Below are positions 1 to 11,968 of a DNA stretch of 64,000 bases, one piece after another. Below the pieces are notes generated by a model. The model worked only from the letters and a program-made list of their open reading frames with translations. It was not told the origin of the DNA and ran no database searches. The stretch lies in assembly GCA_964270895.1 (NCBI GenBank), contig OZ185436.1, one strand, 5' to 3'. Position 1 is the stretch's first letter, and each line of letters opens with the position of its first letter. The translations under genes were made by a program, and so were the position numbers. The stretch comes from Podarcis filfolensis (taxonomy: Eukaryota).

Positions 1-228
1 TGCTGTTCAACTGACTGGGAGGATAGTAATTTTCAGTGTTTCCTCATGCTGCTGCACCAAACCCCAAATCTGCTCCAGAAGCTTGTGTGGCTTTCCAGAG
101 ACGACTATGGAGCACAGAATGGAGGAGTAATTGCTGAAAAATGCTTTCCTCCCTGTTCTGCTGACGGAAGACTTTCTGAATGGCATCATTGGATACAACC
201 CAGTATTGTGTATAAAAGAAACACTTAC

Positions 229-272
229 CTTCCCATACCAGGTGATGGTGCTTGAGAATTGTTATAGGAATT
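229..272 (-). CDS. AFF4: AFF4 exon 19 (NSYNNSQAPSPGMG), 44 nt
   Basis: acceptor ctcaacag|AAT, donor AAG|gtaagt. Confidence 0.95.
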
Positions 273-560
273 CTGTTGAGGAAAAACAACCCATTCAATA
301 AATTGTACAATAAAATCTGGAAAATACAGCAGTCACCAAGTATGTTGATGCCAGATGTCAGGGATAATGGGAGTTATTATTCTTCATTCAATTTATTAGT
401 CACCTAATACAAAATGTCTTTCTTACACAATTCATCAAGTTTAACTACACCGCTCCCCCCCCAAAAAACCATTCCTGCATAGAGAAGCATGATGATCACA
501 ATGAATAACCCTTTGGGTTAGGCAATTTCTTTCCAAAGCTACAATGAACATGTTTTTTAC

Positions 561-654
561 CTTTAGATGTTCAGTCAATGTCTTGGAATACTTCAGGGCA
601 CTCTCCTTCTTCAGTTTGAAAAGTCTTAAGTATAACAGGGACTGGCATCTAAGA
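561..654 (-). CDS. AFF4: AFF4 exon 18 ([32 protein letters not shown]), 94 nt, C-terminal homology domain
   Basis: acceptor ttactag|T, donor AAG|gtaaaa; phase consistent. Confidence 0.96.
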
Positions 655-1141
655 CTAGTAAAAGAAATAACACCATCACTTTAATTATTATATATATAAT
701 TTTCTTGTTATGAAATTGTGCAAACAAATAATAAAACACGACATGACTAACCAAAAATCGGTCTGGGGGTGTAAAATACTAAATGTATTATTTTATAGTA
801 CATAATAATGAGGTGACTACACTAAGCTAATTATTACTTTGGAATATTGCCAATGGCAGTACAAATAATAACAGCTATGTGATGGGAAATGTACAGTGCA
901 CTTCTGTAACATAACCAGGAGTATTAGAACAGTTGAATTCAAAGAAGATTAAAGTGATACTAAATCCCAAGTAGAAGTGTGGACTTCTCCTTGACATCTT
1001 GAAGAGCTGTTACTAGTCAAGAACAAAAAGTATTTGGCTAGATAGTAAGCTTTGGTTTTTTTCCTTATCACAAAATGTATATTATACAGGTATAGTCTGC
1101 CTTCAAAGCTATTTAACTGTAATTGCTCAAACTGTACATAC

Positions 1142-1213
1142 CATAGCACTGCTAGCCTTTTGTCTGCTGCAGTAGCATCTGGTGCTGAGTAATTCTTCAG
1201 TTTCATAGTGTAC
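1142..1213 (-). CDS. AFF4: AFF4 exon 17 (YTMKLKNYSAPDATAADKRLAVL), 72 nt
   Basis: acceptor ttgcag|G, donor TG|gtatgt; lies in ORF 949..1239. Confidence 0.96.
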
Positions 1214-1456
1214 CTGCAACCAAAAAATAATGTAAGCAACTGTCAGGTCAAAACATTCAGTTCTTATTCACAATTCTTTAATGAACAAATGTGAGGCTTG
1301 TGCTTTATTCTTTGTGCCAAAAAATCTGCAGTTAGCCCCAAGTTGAAAAATACCGAGAGTGGAATATTTTTGTTCAATGTTTTACTAAGGCACTCACGCC
1401 ACAGCTCCTAATCCCCATTTTGATGACAATGCTTGTTGCATGTTCTGTATCACTTA

Positions 1457-1594
<138 letters not shown>

Positions 1595-1697
1595 CTAAAG
1601 AAATATAAAGCCTTTTGACAATCAACTCATAAAAGTGAGGATTACTACTACAGTGTCAGGCAAAATAGTCCGGGGGGGGGGGAGGGGGAGAGAATCA

Positions 1698-1841
<144 letters not shown>

Positions 1842-2199
1842 CTATGAGATTGATAATATCAGAGCAGTCTTACCCTTTGGTGCCTTTCCCATTTATGGAG
1901 GGTTATCGAGGAGCTCTAAGCTGCTCTAGCAGCATGCAGGATACAGTGTGAGAAGCCCTAATTTCCTGGCCTGACAATGCTCCCAACACACCCCTCCTGC
2001 ACTGGCACAATGCATTGCATCCACACAGCGGCACTTTGGCTTACAATGTGTTCTCACTGTACTGGAGCAAAGGAATGACGTTTGGTTTGGTACTGGTTTG
2101 GGTCTGTGTTACTAGATTTGCACAGCAGATACGTAGTACTTGGCCTTCAATTCCACAACAAAACATGTTTCGACTGGTGGGCATGGTTTAAGGGAAATG

Positions 2200-2358
2200 G
2201 CCTTGTGGGCCAAAGTGGATCTTCTGGCAGGCTCTGATCTATAATGACTGGCAGAAGCTCTCCAGGGTTTCAGGCAGGAATCTTTCTCAGCCCTCCCTGA
2301 AGGAAATGTCTGGGATTGAACCTGGGACCCTCTCATGCAAAGCATATGCTGTGCCCCT
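2200..2358 (-). mobile_element. tRNA-derived squamate SINE fragment (Squam3/Ther1-like)
   Basis: minus strand reads tgctttgcatg...gtcccaggttcaatccc (B-box)...gcctgaaaccctggagagc..ctgccagtc. Confidence 0.7.
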
Positions 2359-2631
2359 TCTCAGGAGAACAGTGTATTTTTGGGAGGAGAGGGGAACTAA
2401 TTCAGTTCAGAGAAGATCTGCAGATTTGCAGAAATAGACGGCATCATGCTGCATTTCACTCCTGGCAGCTGTAACTCCTTGCAACAGATGAGTCCAAAGG
2501 TACCCAAACTTTCATGTCAGAAAGACAGAGCAAAAAGACTAAAATGGACGACACACAGATGTCAGTATAAATATTCATCACACATTCTTGGTAACATAGA
2601 GACCAACTGCCTGACTTCTATCTGTTCTCAC

Positions 2632-2729
2632 CTGTCATCGAACACTAGCTTTGCTCTCCGGGACTTCGAGTTATCTGTAGTCATGGTGGAGGCAGAAGGG
2701 CAGTTTGAAGAATTATTTAAAAGCTTCTC
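2632..2729 (-). CDS. AFF4: AFF4 exon 14 (EKLLNNSSNCPSASTMTTDNSKSRRAKLVFDDR), 98 nt
   Basis: branch-like ctaat, acceptor tttcaag|GAG, donor AG|gtgaga; lies in ORF 2628..2831. Confidence 0.93.
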
Positions 2730-3638
2730 CTTGAAAGAAGACAGACCACAATTAGTTAAAACACTGATTTTTGGCGAACAAATATTCACTGCTTGTGCTT
2801 CACTTGCTGAGCTCAGGCTGGCTAAATGCAATCCAGATGTGTACCGTCATTCATGTTTACCACATATACAGCTTGACCGACACAGATGTTGCCATATGGA
2901 CTCCAACAGATTCAAAACACAACAGGGGCACTTTTCAATTAGGAACTGAATTGTTATTGTTTGCATATAATTAATAATACAATTTATTAGGCATTTTCTA
3001 ATGCTCACAGCTATACAGCTTTGTTAGGTCTCGTTCTCAGTGCTGTTCCAACCTATGCTGCAGTAGAACTATGCAGGAAGGATCAAATTACAGTCAGATG
3101 CCTGAGCAACGGCTGAATATTGCCATTATGTAACAGTGCAGCATACAACCAAAGATATTTTACTTTCCAGACGAAGTGAAATACTTTTTTCCAAAGAAAG
3201 CTACAAGTTCCAGGGTGGCCAAAGTTCTGAAATCGAATAACTACAGCAAAGTTTTCAGATGCCCACCATTCTTATCACTGCTCCCACGTCCCCAACAGTT
3301 CTCCGTAATCACTGTTATGTCTCGCTCCTTCTTCCAACCCTCCAACAGCTGTTTCCCCTATTTAACTTGAACTTAAAATACATCACAGTAAGGCAGAGGT
3401 GCAAGGTGCCAACCCCGCTCCTAGAGCTTTTAGCACCTCTCTGTTCCTCCCGTACTTTTGTGCTTGTGAGTAGAGGCAGCAGCAGAGAAGCAGTCTTTCT
3501 AGCTGTCAATCTGCCCGGGAAGGTAGGGGCCCAGCTGGGAGGCTGGGGGGTGTCAAGGGCTTTGAGGGCGCTGACCTGTCCCACCCTGTCAGGATTAAAG
3601 AGCCACAAGCAGCCAGCGGGGTGGGTCCTAAAGCTCAC

Positions 3639-3653
3639 CAACAGCGAGAGACT
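3639..3653 (-). CDS. AFF4: Candidate 15-nt AFF4 microexon in intron 13 (SLSLL)
   Basis: gtttccttctttttgcttccacttccctccag|AGTCTCTCGCTGTTG|gtgagc; phase 0 matches both flanking exons. Confidence 0.55.
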
Positions 3654-4884
3654 CTGGAGGGAAGTGGAAGCAAAAAGAAGGAAACCCAGCAGAACAAACA
3701 ACTGTGTGTGCTTGTAGGCACAGAGAGAGGGAAAAGGAGGGGGGGAATGGGCTGATTGGCTGCTGAGAGAAGCAGCGGGGAGAGAGCTTGTAAGTGAGAA
3801 ATGTAGAGAAAAACAGCTAGAGGCAGAGAAAGGTATGGAGTGTGAAAGCACGCAAATCGAAAGGTTACAAGGAATGAAACAGAGAAAGAGAAACCTTGTG
3901 TGTGCACTTGAACCTGCGAGTCTGCGTGAAGTCACGAGGAAAATGAGAGTTAGAAGGTGTAAAAGGAAGGGAAGGAGCTTCATACAACACAAGTTTAACT
4001 GGTTTGTACTTCCTCCATGAGAGGGGAAAAACCAAGGCAGGGGGTTTACAAAGGATCTCTAGTGTTAATTACACCAATGGCACTGATAAACCAAGGAAAC
4101 AGAGAAGCATGATGACGGAAAAAAGAAAAACCCTCTAGCGTGAGACTACTAAGGGTTCACCTGGAACCGGGTTCACAGGGGACATGGGGAGCAAGAAGCA
4201 TCACACTGCCCTTTTAATATATGAAGGGAGTCTACAGTCTTCTCTCTATTCAACTTTAGTTTTTCTTTCAATCATCATCTGTATGTTAAATCTGTTTACA
4301 AAACAGATAAACCAAATTCTGCTTCAATAATGAAACTCAGCCAACTAGGCTAATGCATTAATAGAACACATCAATGCTACCCTAGCAGGAGAATTATTAA
4401 AACCCAGCAGAACTATGAGGGGATACTAATTACCCTAATTTTAAATTGGTCCAGACATGACTCAGTGTAGGCTTAAAAGAAGGGTGCCAAAAAATCTATT
4501 AAAAACCAACTCCTGCCACATACACAAGCTCTTTGGAATTTCCCCCGTGAAAGCACTGTTTAGTCCAACTCTACTTGGCTCAAAAAATCAAGACTTTTGC
4601 AGCTACATTCCTTGGTGAAATATTTAGCCACTTGTTTACTTTCTGAGGTCCTCCCATTGTCCTAGTTTCTACAAGGCTCTAGTTTTGCTTGAGGCATAAG
4701 CAAATTTACTTTCACTTACTAGTTTATCTACCACTATGTTCCTATTAATGAAACACTGACCACTGATGAACAGAAAACCTCTAATTCAGAGAAACATTTG
4801 CAGTCTAGGAACTACCGGCATGCAACATATCAACTTTGTTGTCTACTTAAAGGTGTGCTCATGTCCACAAAGGTTCCTCTAACA

Positions 4885-5275
4885 CAGGGTGGTACAACTT
4901 TTCATATCAAGTTTACTTCAGCATACAATCCACAGGCTGCACACTGCCTTGTTACGTGCGGTGGGGGGAAACAAGGCCAAAATCTGAACCCCCTGCCCAA
5001 CCAGCCTTTGTGCAGCCTTCCCAAATCCCAGTAAAAGGGCGCTGCACTTTGGGATGGAGCTGTGAGGCTCTGGCAGGGTCCTAGAGTCCTCCTACCTCAT
5101 TCCCAAAGCTGAGAAAGCACTAACTAGGATTTGGAAAGGAGATGAGAAGACTCTAAAAACCCTGTCAGAGCCCTCACACCTTCTCCTTTGCAGGGGACAT
5201 CAAATGTTGCCGGGGGAACACCAAAAGGCATTGCGGGTCATATACACCCCCTGGGCCACACATTGGACCACCCTG
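4885..5275. mobile_element. Non-autonomous hAT element (MITE), 391 bp
   Basis: TIRs cagggtggt.caa / ttggaccaccctg; perfect 8-bp TSD ctctaaca. Confidence 0.88.
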
Positions 5276-5774
5276 CTCTAACAGGTATCTTATAAACTCC
5301 AAGCTGTCGTGTCTCAATTAGAGAACTCAAAAGCTGTGAAATTCTAGCCTTAGCCAGACAAAACAGTCAAATACTCCTACAATGTCTGAGTGGAAAACAA
5401 GCCCCTCCCTCTGACGTCTAAAAGCATATAGCATGAATGTCTGCAAAGAGGAACCCTTTGTGCTTACAGCTGTACTAACAAAGGCATCCATGCAACCTGG
5501 AATTCTACTGGTTCCAGATTACATGGATGCCTTTGCTGGTACAAGAGTACACAGGAAGGTTACCTCCTTGCAAACGTTTGTGATGTAGGCATGGACAAGA
5601 GGGCAGGCCAAGCTAGCATGCGTATGTCAGGTCAGTCAATGCAGCCCTGCTCCCATTTTTTGTTCAACATGTAAGGGTTTCTTCTGAAGAGGGCTTATTT
5701 GCTTGGTTTTACAAAAAGTGCAAACGAAAGGTTATGGACAATGGAAAACTATGATGGAAGTATAATCTTTTTAC

Positions 5775-6009
5775 CTTTGCTTCCTTGGTATTACTTGAGG
5801 CCTTCCCTTCAGTCTTCTTTTGTTTAGAAGAGCTACCTTTGCTGCTGCTACTCTCCTTGTTATTGTTACTGCTCGATTTCAAGGAAGATGACTGACTGAC
5901 GGTTCTCTTCCGAGAACCATGCTCCTGCTTGGAATCTTTCTGGGTGGCTGGGGTTGTGGCTGGAGACGGAAGAAGATCCTTCTCCTTAACAGCACTCTGC
6001 TTTGATGAT
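5775..6009 (-). CDS. AFF4: AFF4 exon 13 ([16 protein letters not shown]...NTKEAK), 235 nt
   Basis: acceptor ggggcag|A, donor AAG|gtaaaa; lies in ORF 5709..6044. Confidence 0.95.
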
Positions 6010-6794
6010 CTGCCCCACAGGGAAGGGAAAAAAATATTAACCAATGCAAGTTACTGCAACCATGAACCTATGGAAACCTATTCCATGCTTCAAGTTCCAC
6101 TAGCAAAAATATCCCATGTAAGAATGAAGAAAATATGGCAGCTCTAAAAGTAGAACATTAAACAGAAAAACCAACCAATCGGCGCTTGTGACACCCCTGT
6201 CCCCAGATGTTGTTTGATGCAAATGGTTAGAGATGGGGGTTGTAGTGCAGCAACATTTGGAGGGCTACAGGTGCCCCCTGCCCCCGCTTTACAGCAACAG
6301 TGGTCAACCAGTGGCCCACGGCCATTTTGGGACAGGTGCCCAAAGCATTCTCAGAATTCAAATATGCCCACTGTTTGAAAAAGGATGGTGACCCCTGATC
6401 TAAAAAGGTAGAGATAACGAGCTATGATCCAGAAAGGTGCCCACTTACAAAAAAATTGGAGCTCTTATAAGCTGTCTCTTCAGAATGGACAAATTGCAAT
6501 TTAAACTACCAAATGTTATATGTGTGGTGGGGCATTTGACATGGCAGCTTTTTTATAAGAAATACTTGCTAAAAGCAGGTATACATTTCCCCCCTAACTT
6601 TACCTTTGAACAAGTGCTGTGTCAACCCAAAATTGAGACTTTTAAAGAAAGCAATCTGACAATTCTGCAGGGGTAACTGATCAAACAAAAACTGGAACTT
6701 TGTGTGCAAATGGACCGCTTTTAAAACTGTGTGCTCTGAGCAAACCTTCTGCTTCATGCATTTCGGATCTTACATAGTGTAAACAGGCACTCAC

Positions 6795-6883
6795 TCTCTG
6801 TTACTGGAAGTTTTGTGCGCTGAAGGAGCCTTTTCTTCTAGTTTAGTTTTCTTGCTTTCAACGCCTCGGCTTTCCTCTGCATT
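6795..6883 (-). CDS. AFF4: AFF4 exon 12 (NAEESRGVESKKTKLEEKAPSAHKTSSNR), 89 nt
   Basis: acceptor ttttag|AAT, donor GA|gtgagt. Confidence 0.93.
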
Positions 6884-9800
6884 CTAAAATGAAACAACCA
6901 CAAAGTTTGATGATCTCACATTAAATAAGTGCAGCTATCTTTCACAGACCACCACAATGATTTAACAAGCCACTTACAGGATTAAGATAATAATACAGCA
7001 AGTAATAAAAACATTCCCTGCAGGAACAGTACAAGATAATGTCAATAAACCTTACTGACAAAATGAACATAAGGCTGAAGTATTGTAGATGTCATACTCC
7101 TGCAATACAAGGAGATCTAAGTGTGGCTTTAATAGCTTCATGCATGCAAAAATGTGACAGCTCAGTTTACTCCCACTATAGACTGTCAAAACAGCAACTG
7201 GTCTTGTCATGCTGACACAAGAGTCTCTATACTGGATCTCACCAGCGAAAATTTATTCCTATTTACTATGCTAAGAAATGTGCAATTTAAAGGCTTACTT
7301 TAATGTTTAGCAAAATACACATTTATTATTTGTAAACTGCTCCTTGTAAATGCACATGTTAAACCTTTCATGGCAGAAAAAAAGGAAACATTAAATTACT
7401 TTTTAAGGGTGTTCATTAATATGGTAAAAATATGAATGAAATAATATAAATGTACTAGGTACTATGCCCCTGCTCACTCCGCTTACCAAGCCCCTGCCAT
7501 TCCCCCTCCCCCATTAAGAGCCTAGAGCTTCCCCTTCCCCTCGTATTTTGCAGAACCTTTCATTTCCTTGCTTTCACCTTTAACCCCATGCCTATGCTTC
7601 CTATTACCTCCTTTTTGCCACCCCATTTTCACATTCACTCCTTTTTTTCCCTTTACTCTTCCCACTTTTTCAGCTCTCTCTTGAACACAGATCACTCAAT
7701 ATCCATGCCTTCTTCTCTCTCCTATTCTGCAGCTCCCTTGGAGCACACATCCCATAATGATACATGCTACTGCATCTTTTAGATTAACAGAATCGTAAGG
7801 AACTAGCCTGTCAGCTTGTTTAGTGAGGGAAAGTTAAATTCAGTTGAAGGATGTTGTCCAAATATTAGCGTATCTTCTAAATTACTATATTGAATATGGA
7901 ACTTCAATAAGGCAACATGCGGTACCAAGGGTGAAATGCTTTGTGGGAAGGTACTGTGGAATATTTGAGGGATCTATATCACATCAGGCAGCCAAGGAAT
8001 GGAAGAGGAAGAAGGTTAAAGCAGCCATCCCTCCCCCCTCATTGCTTCTCTCTTCTCGCTGTACTCAAACAACGGCAGAAATTTAAAGTAAAGCAGGAAT
8101 AGAGGGTCACTGAAATGAAGTTTTAAACAACATCAGAGGTTTAAGTAAATCAGGAAGAAGGGCACACTGAGGTGTTTAAAAAACCCCAACTCCTAATAGT
8201 TTTAACATGGAGAAATAGCAGATAAGGAAAATAGAGAAGAAAACACCAAAAAGTTAATGCAACAGAACCTTTCCCAGTTTCATTTTCACTGTACTCAAAA
8301 CGTTTCAAACTGCCACTCTACTCAAATCTCTGCCACTGTTTAAAATCACCAATTTTCCCCCTCAGTTTGGTTCCATCTCTGCTTTACTCAAACCTCTGCT
8401 GTTGTTAAAGCTTCCATTTTCCTGTGTGTCCATTTTCTACTTTCTTTTTTGCTCCTTTCCTCTATCCTGATTTCATGCAAATCCAGGATAGTGATTTCAT
8501 GCAAATCGTCCCATAGGGGTTATTATTTGACTTCATGCAAATAAAGGGTTGTGATGCAGCACTACAAGTCTTCTAATATATGTAATATATATAGATTTCA
8601 AGTCTGGCATGCAAAACTGGAAAATAAGCCAGAATATGCATGAGCTGGTTTAAAGTTGGCTTTTGAATCCTGTTTATTTGGATCCCATTAACCATGGCTC
8701 TCAGTTCACATAAAATTGAAAACTATGATTAACTGCTTGTCTGAAGGAAGAAGTCAAGAGGCAAGAAAAGAGAGAAATTGCCAATGCACCAAGCTCATAC
8801 ATGTCCTGACTTATTAACCCAGGATTTGGTCATGCAAACACAGCCACCGTAAGAGGGATGTGCCTGCTAATTTGCTATCTGACCTAACTTGCCCCACTGG
8901 CTCTTAATTGATTTAAATTACTCTTAAGATCTCTGCTGTTTGCTGTTCATGAAACTTGTAGGAGACTGGTGGAACCTCTGGTAATTCCCAGTCACCTCCG
9001 AGCATGGGCAATGAAAGCTGAGTACTCCCTGAAGGCAAAGGGGATGCTAGCCAAGAATTGGTCCAATGTGAGTTGAGGGCTCTGGAAACACTGGCAAAGA
9101 CAGAATACAGGGAGACAGGAGAAAGAAGAGTTTCTGGGAACACTGCAGCATGTATGTTCTGTTTTGTAACCACCACCACCACCGCGAAAAAGTGGAGGGT
9201 ATCTGGTGGGCCAGTGAAAAAAGGCTTGGCAGGCTGGTTATGTGACACTAGTTCTAGTCCCCTCCCCCACTTTAAAAATTACTGTTGTCTGAATTACTGT
9301 TGTTTGCAACAAATTATTAAGGTGTAGAGATATAGGAAGATGGCCACATCATAAAGTATTGGGAAATAGCAGCGATCCCTTTGGGGCTGAGCTTGATGAT
9401 TTCAACATCTTTCTCTCTCTTGCTGTTTCTGGCCTGCACTGGTGCTTAGTCCCATGTAGTCTTAGAAGACTACGAAGAATCTTTTGTAGTGAGGAACAGT
9501 TGGAAGTTAGGAAGTGTTTGAACTGGAATGCAGCAATGTTCTCCTGCCTCCTTTGTTTATACCTTGGCTTATTACTCTAACATATGATGCGTCTATTAAC
9601 GTCATTTTGTGATAAAACATGGCTTTTAAAAATACATACATATAATAGTATTGCTGTTAGACTGGGCTTCACAAATGACTAACAGAAAGGAATGATGCCA
9701 GTCAGTTTGTAAATTCCTGATTTTGAGAATTTTCGAGACGTGCCTTACACACTCTATAAAGATCTTATTAATCCTAATTACCCTTTAATGCAAGATTGTG

Positions 9801-10325
9801 CATATAGTTGCTGAGAGGATTTTGGCAACAGCTGTGACACAACTGATCCAGTTTAAATTTAGTGTGCCCCACCAACAGTCACAATAACAAGAATAACTAG
9901 AATTATTTAATGAAGCCTTTTACACAAGAAAAATGGGGGGGGGGATTTTACTGTTAGAATTCATATATATGAGAAGTGGAGTGTGAACACTTTGCGCACT
10001 CATTCAGGTAATATTTTGCCCCACTTTTAAAATTAAAGGCAAAAGAACTAAGTGTACTTAAATTGCAGGAAGACAGTCAGAACAAACAACTGGCAATAGC
10101 CAGTGTTCAATATTCCCCAGGTGTGCTTTGCTACTGGCATGGGTCCAATTACACCTACAAGGATATTCCTGGGCACCAGGTTGGCGACCACAGTTTAAAA
10201 ACATCTGCCTTAGTTCACAGTTAATATCATTTCCATTTCTACTGCGTGTGTTTCTCCTTCTTGCATACTGGGACAAGTGAATTGTTGTAAGGACAGGCTA
10301 CAGTCAAGCAATGCAGTTGAGATAA

Positions 10326-10385
10326 TAGAATCGTAGCACTGAAAGGGACCCCTAGAGTCATCTAGTCCAACTCACTGGCGAATAG
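10326..10385 (-). mobile_element. CR1 LINE 3' tip
   Basis: reverse complement of ggactagatgac.ctagggtccc...cgattctat. Confidence 0.6.
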
Positions 10386-11968
10386 ACATTCCACTGCAGT
10401 GACAGCAAGCTAGATTTAAGACACCATTTGGTGCCTAGCTAATACACCTGAGTTTCTTACACTGACCATAGGCATCACTGCACAGTGGTCATTCACTTAT
10501 TTGGCGGGACTTCCCATTACTCCTGCAGCCTTCCCCAGGTCCCTCCCAGTTTGCTCCACAGGATCCCCCAAGCCCCTGGAAAAGATTATGGAGGGATGCA
10601 GAAGATGTAGGGAAGGAGAATCTGGAACTTCTTCTGCCAACAGTGCCTGCTCTGCTGTTGGACAGATGCCACTGGATTTCACCCAAGCCTCTCAATCCTT
10701 ACTGTGCTGCTTTTTCCTTCCCAACTTTTAAGACACTTTGAGCCCTCGGAACAATAGCTAGCTTAGCTGTGGATCAACTATCAAGAGGGAATGGTTGAAA
10801 TGCATGCCATTAATTCCAAACAGATGGCCATGTATTTGTTCCAAATTCAGCATAGTTTTTAACATGTATAACTTTCTTAAGACGCCACAAACTCATTGGT
10901 TGTGTAGCTGCTTTACTATAGCCACTGCACACTGACAAACTTCCGAAGTCTTATCTTGGGTCTGCTAAACATTCACAAAAGAAGAATCACCAAAGAAATT
11001 TTCAACCCGAGCCTACAAGTGTGATTAAGGCTCCCTTGCGTAACTTTCAGGCGGACACTTTTATCCATGTAAACAGGGCATCTACTGGCATGATGCCATA
11101 AAGTTGCAAAACTCTATAATGCAAGAAATGGATAAGATCACACAAGCCCATTTTCTTACCAACGCAGGACTACATGTAACAATTAAATCTTCTCAGCATG
11201 TATCTATAAACTATGTATGGGGTGTAGTTTGCCATATTTCACTACCTTCTAAACCGATTAGCTTCCAGTTTAGCACATAGATTATTGGCTAGTGGAGATC
11301 TTGCTCCATTCACATTAAAGATCAAGCAAATACATTTTAGTCAGACTACTTACTGACTGAAGCACTACTGGCAACATTTATAACCAACCACAGAAATTTG
11401 AGGTGAACTTAAATGCAAAAATCACATTGCAATGGCCCAGTTTGCATACTATAGTAAACATATTTAGTGGTTTGGATCATTTCCTCAGTATTACATCCAA
11501 ACAAGGAGATCATAGTAAATCAAGAACAAAGCTTGGCTTCACAAGATGAAACACTAAGTCAAGGACTATGGTTTGTAGCTCCCACTGAAAAGAACAAAGC
11601 AGAAGCCATATGCATGCTCCTGGCAAACTTTTAATTATGGTTAAACAACAGGGAAAGCCAGATATTGCTGGACTTCAGTTCCAATCAATCCTGACTACTG
11701 GCCATGCTGGTTGGGGTATGAGTTACACCTACTGCTAGTTTACAGCAATATGCAAATATTGCAACTGAATTATAATGTTTTCTTATTCTTTTGTTTTACT
11801 TTTTTCTTTTCTTCATGGAAGTGACCTTAAAACTAAAATTAAAAATGCTATATCAGTTCATTACATTTTTCTACACATCTTTGATTGCACAGAGGATACT
11901 AGGTTTTGAAAGACTACTCCCTTAACCCTCCATTTAGATGACGCTAAAACGACATACTGAAAACTGAC

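Noticed and set aside
3315-3992. 225-aa minus-strand ORF and overlapping plus-strand ORFs
   Set aside because: Products are low-complexity (Leu/Ser/Phe or Glu/Arg/Lys) and follow from the CU/GA strand bias of an intronic block; no domain is recognisable
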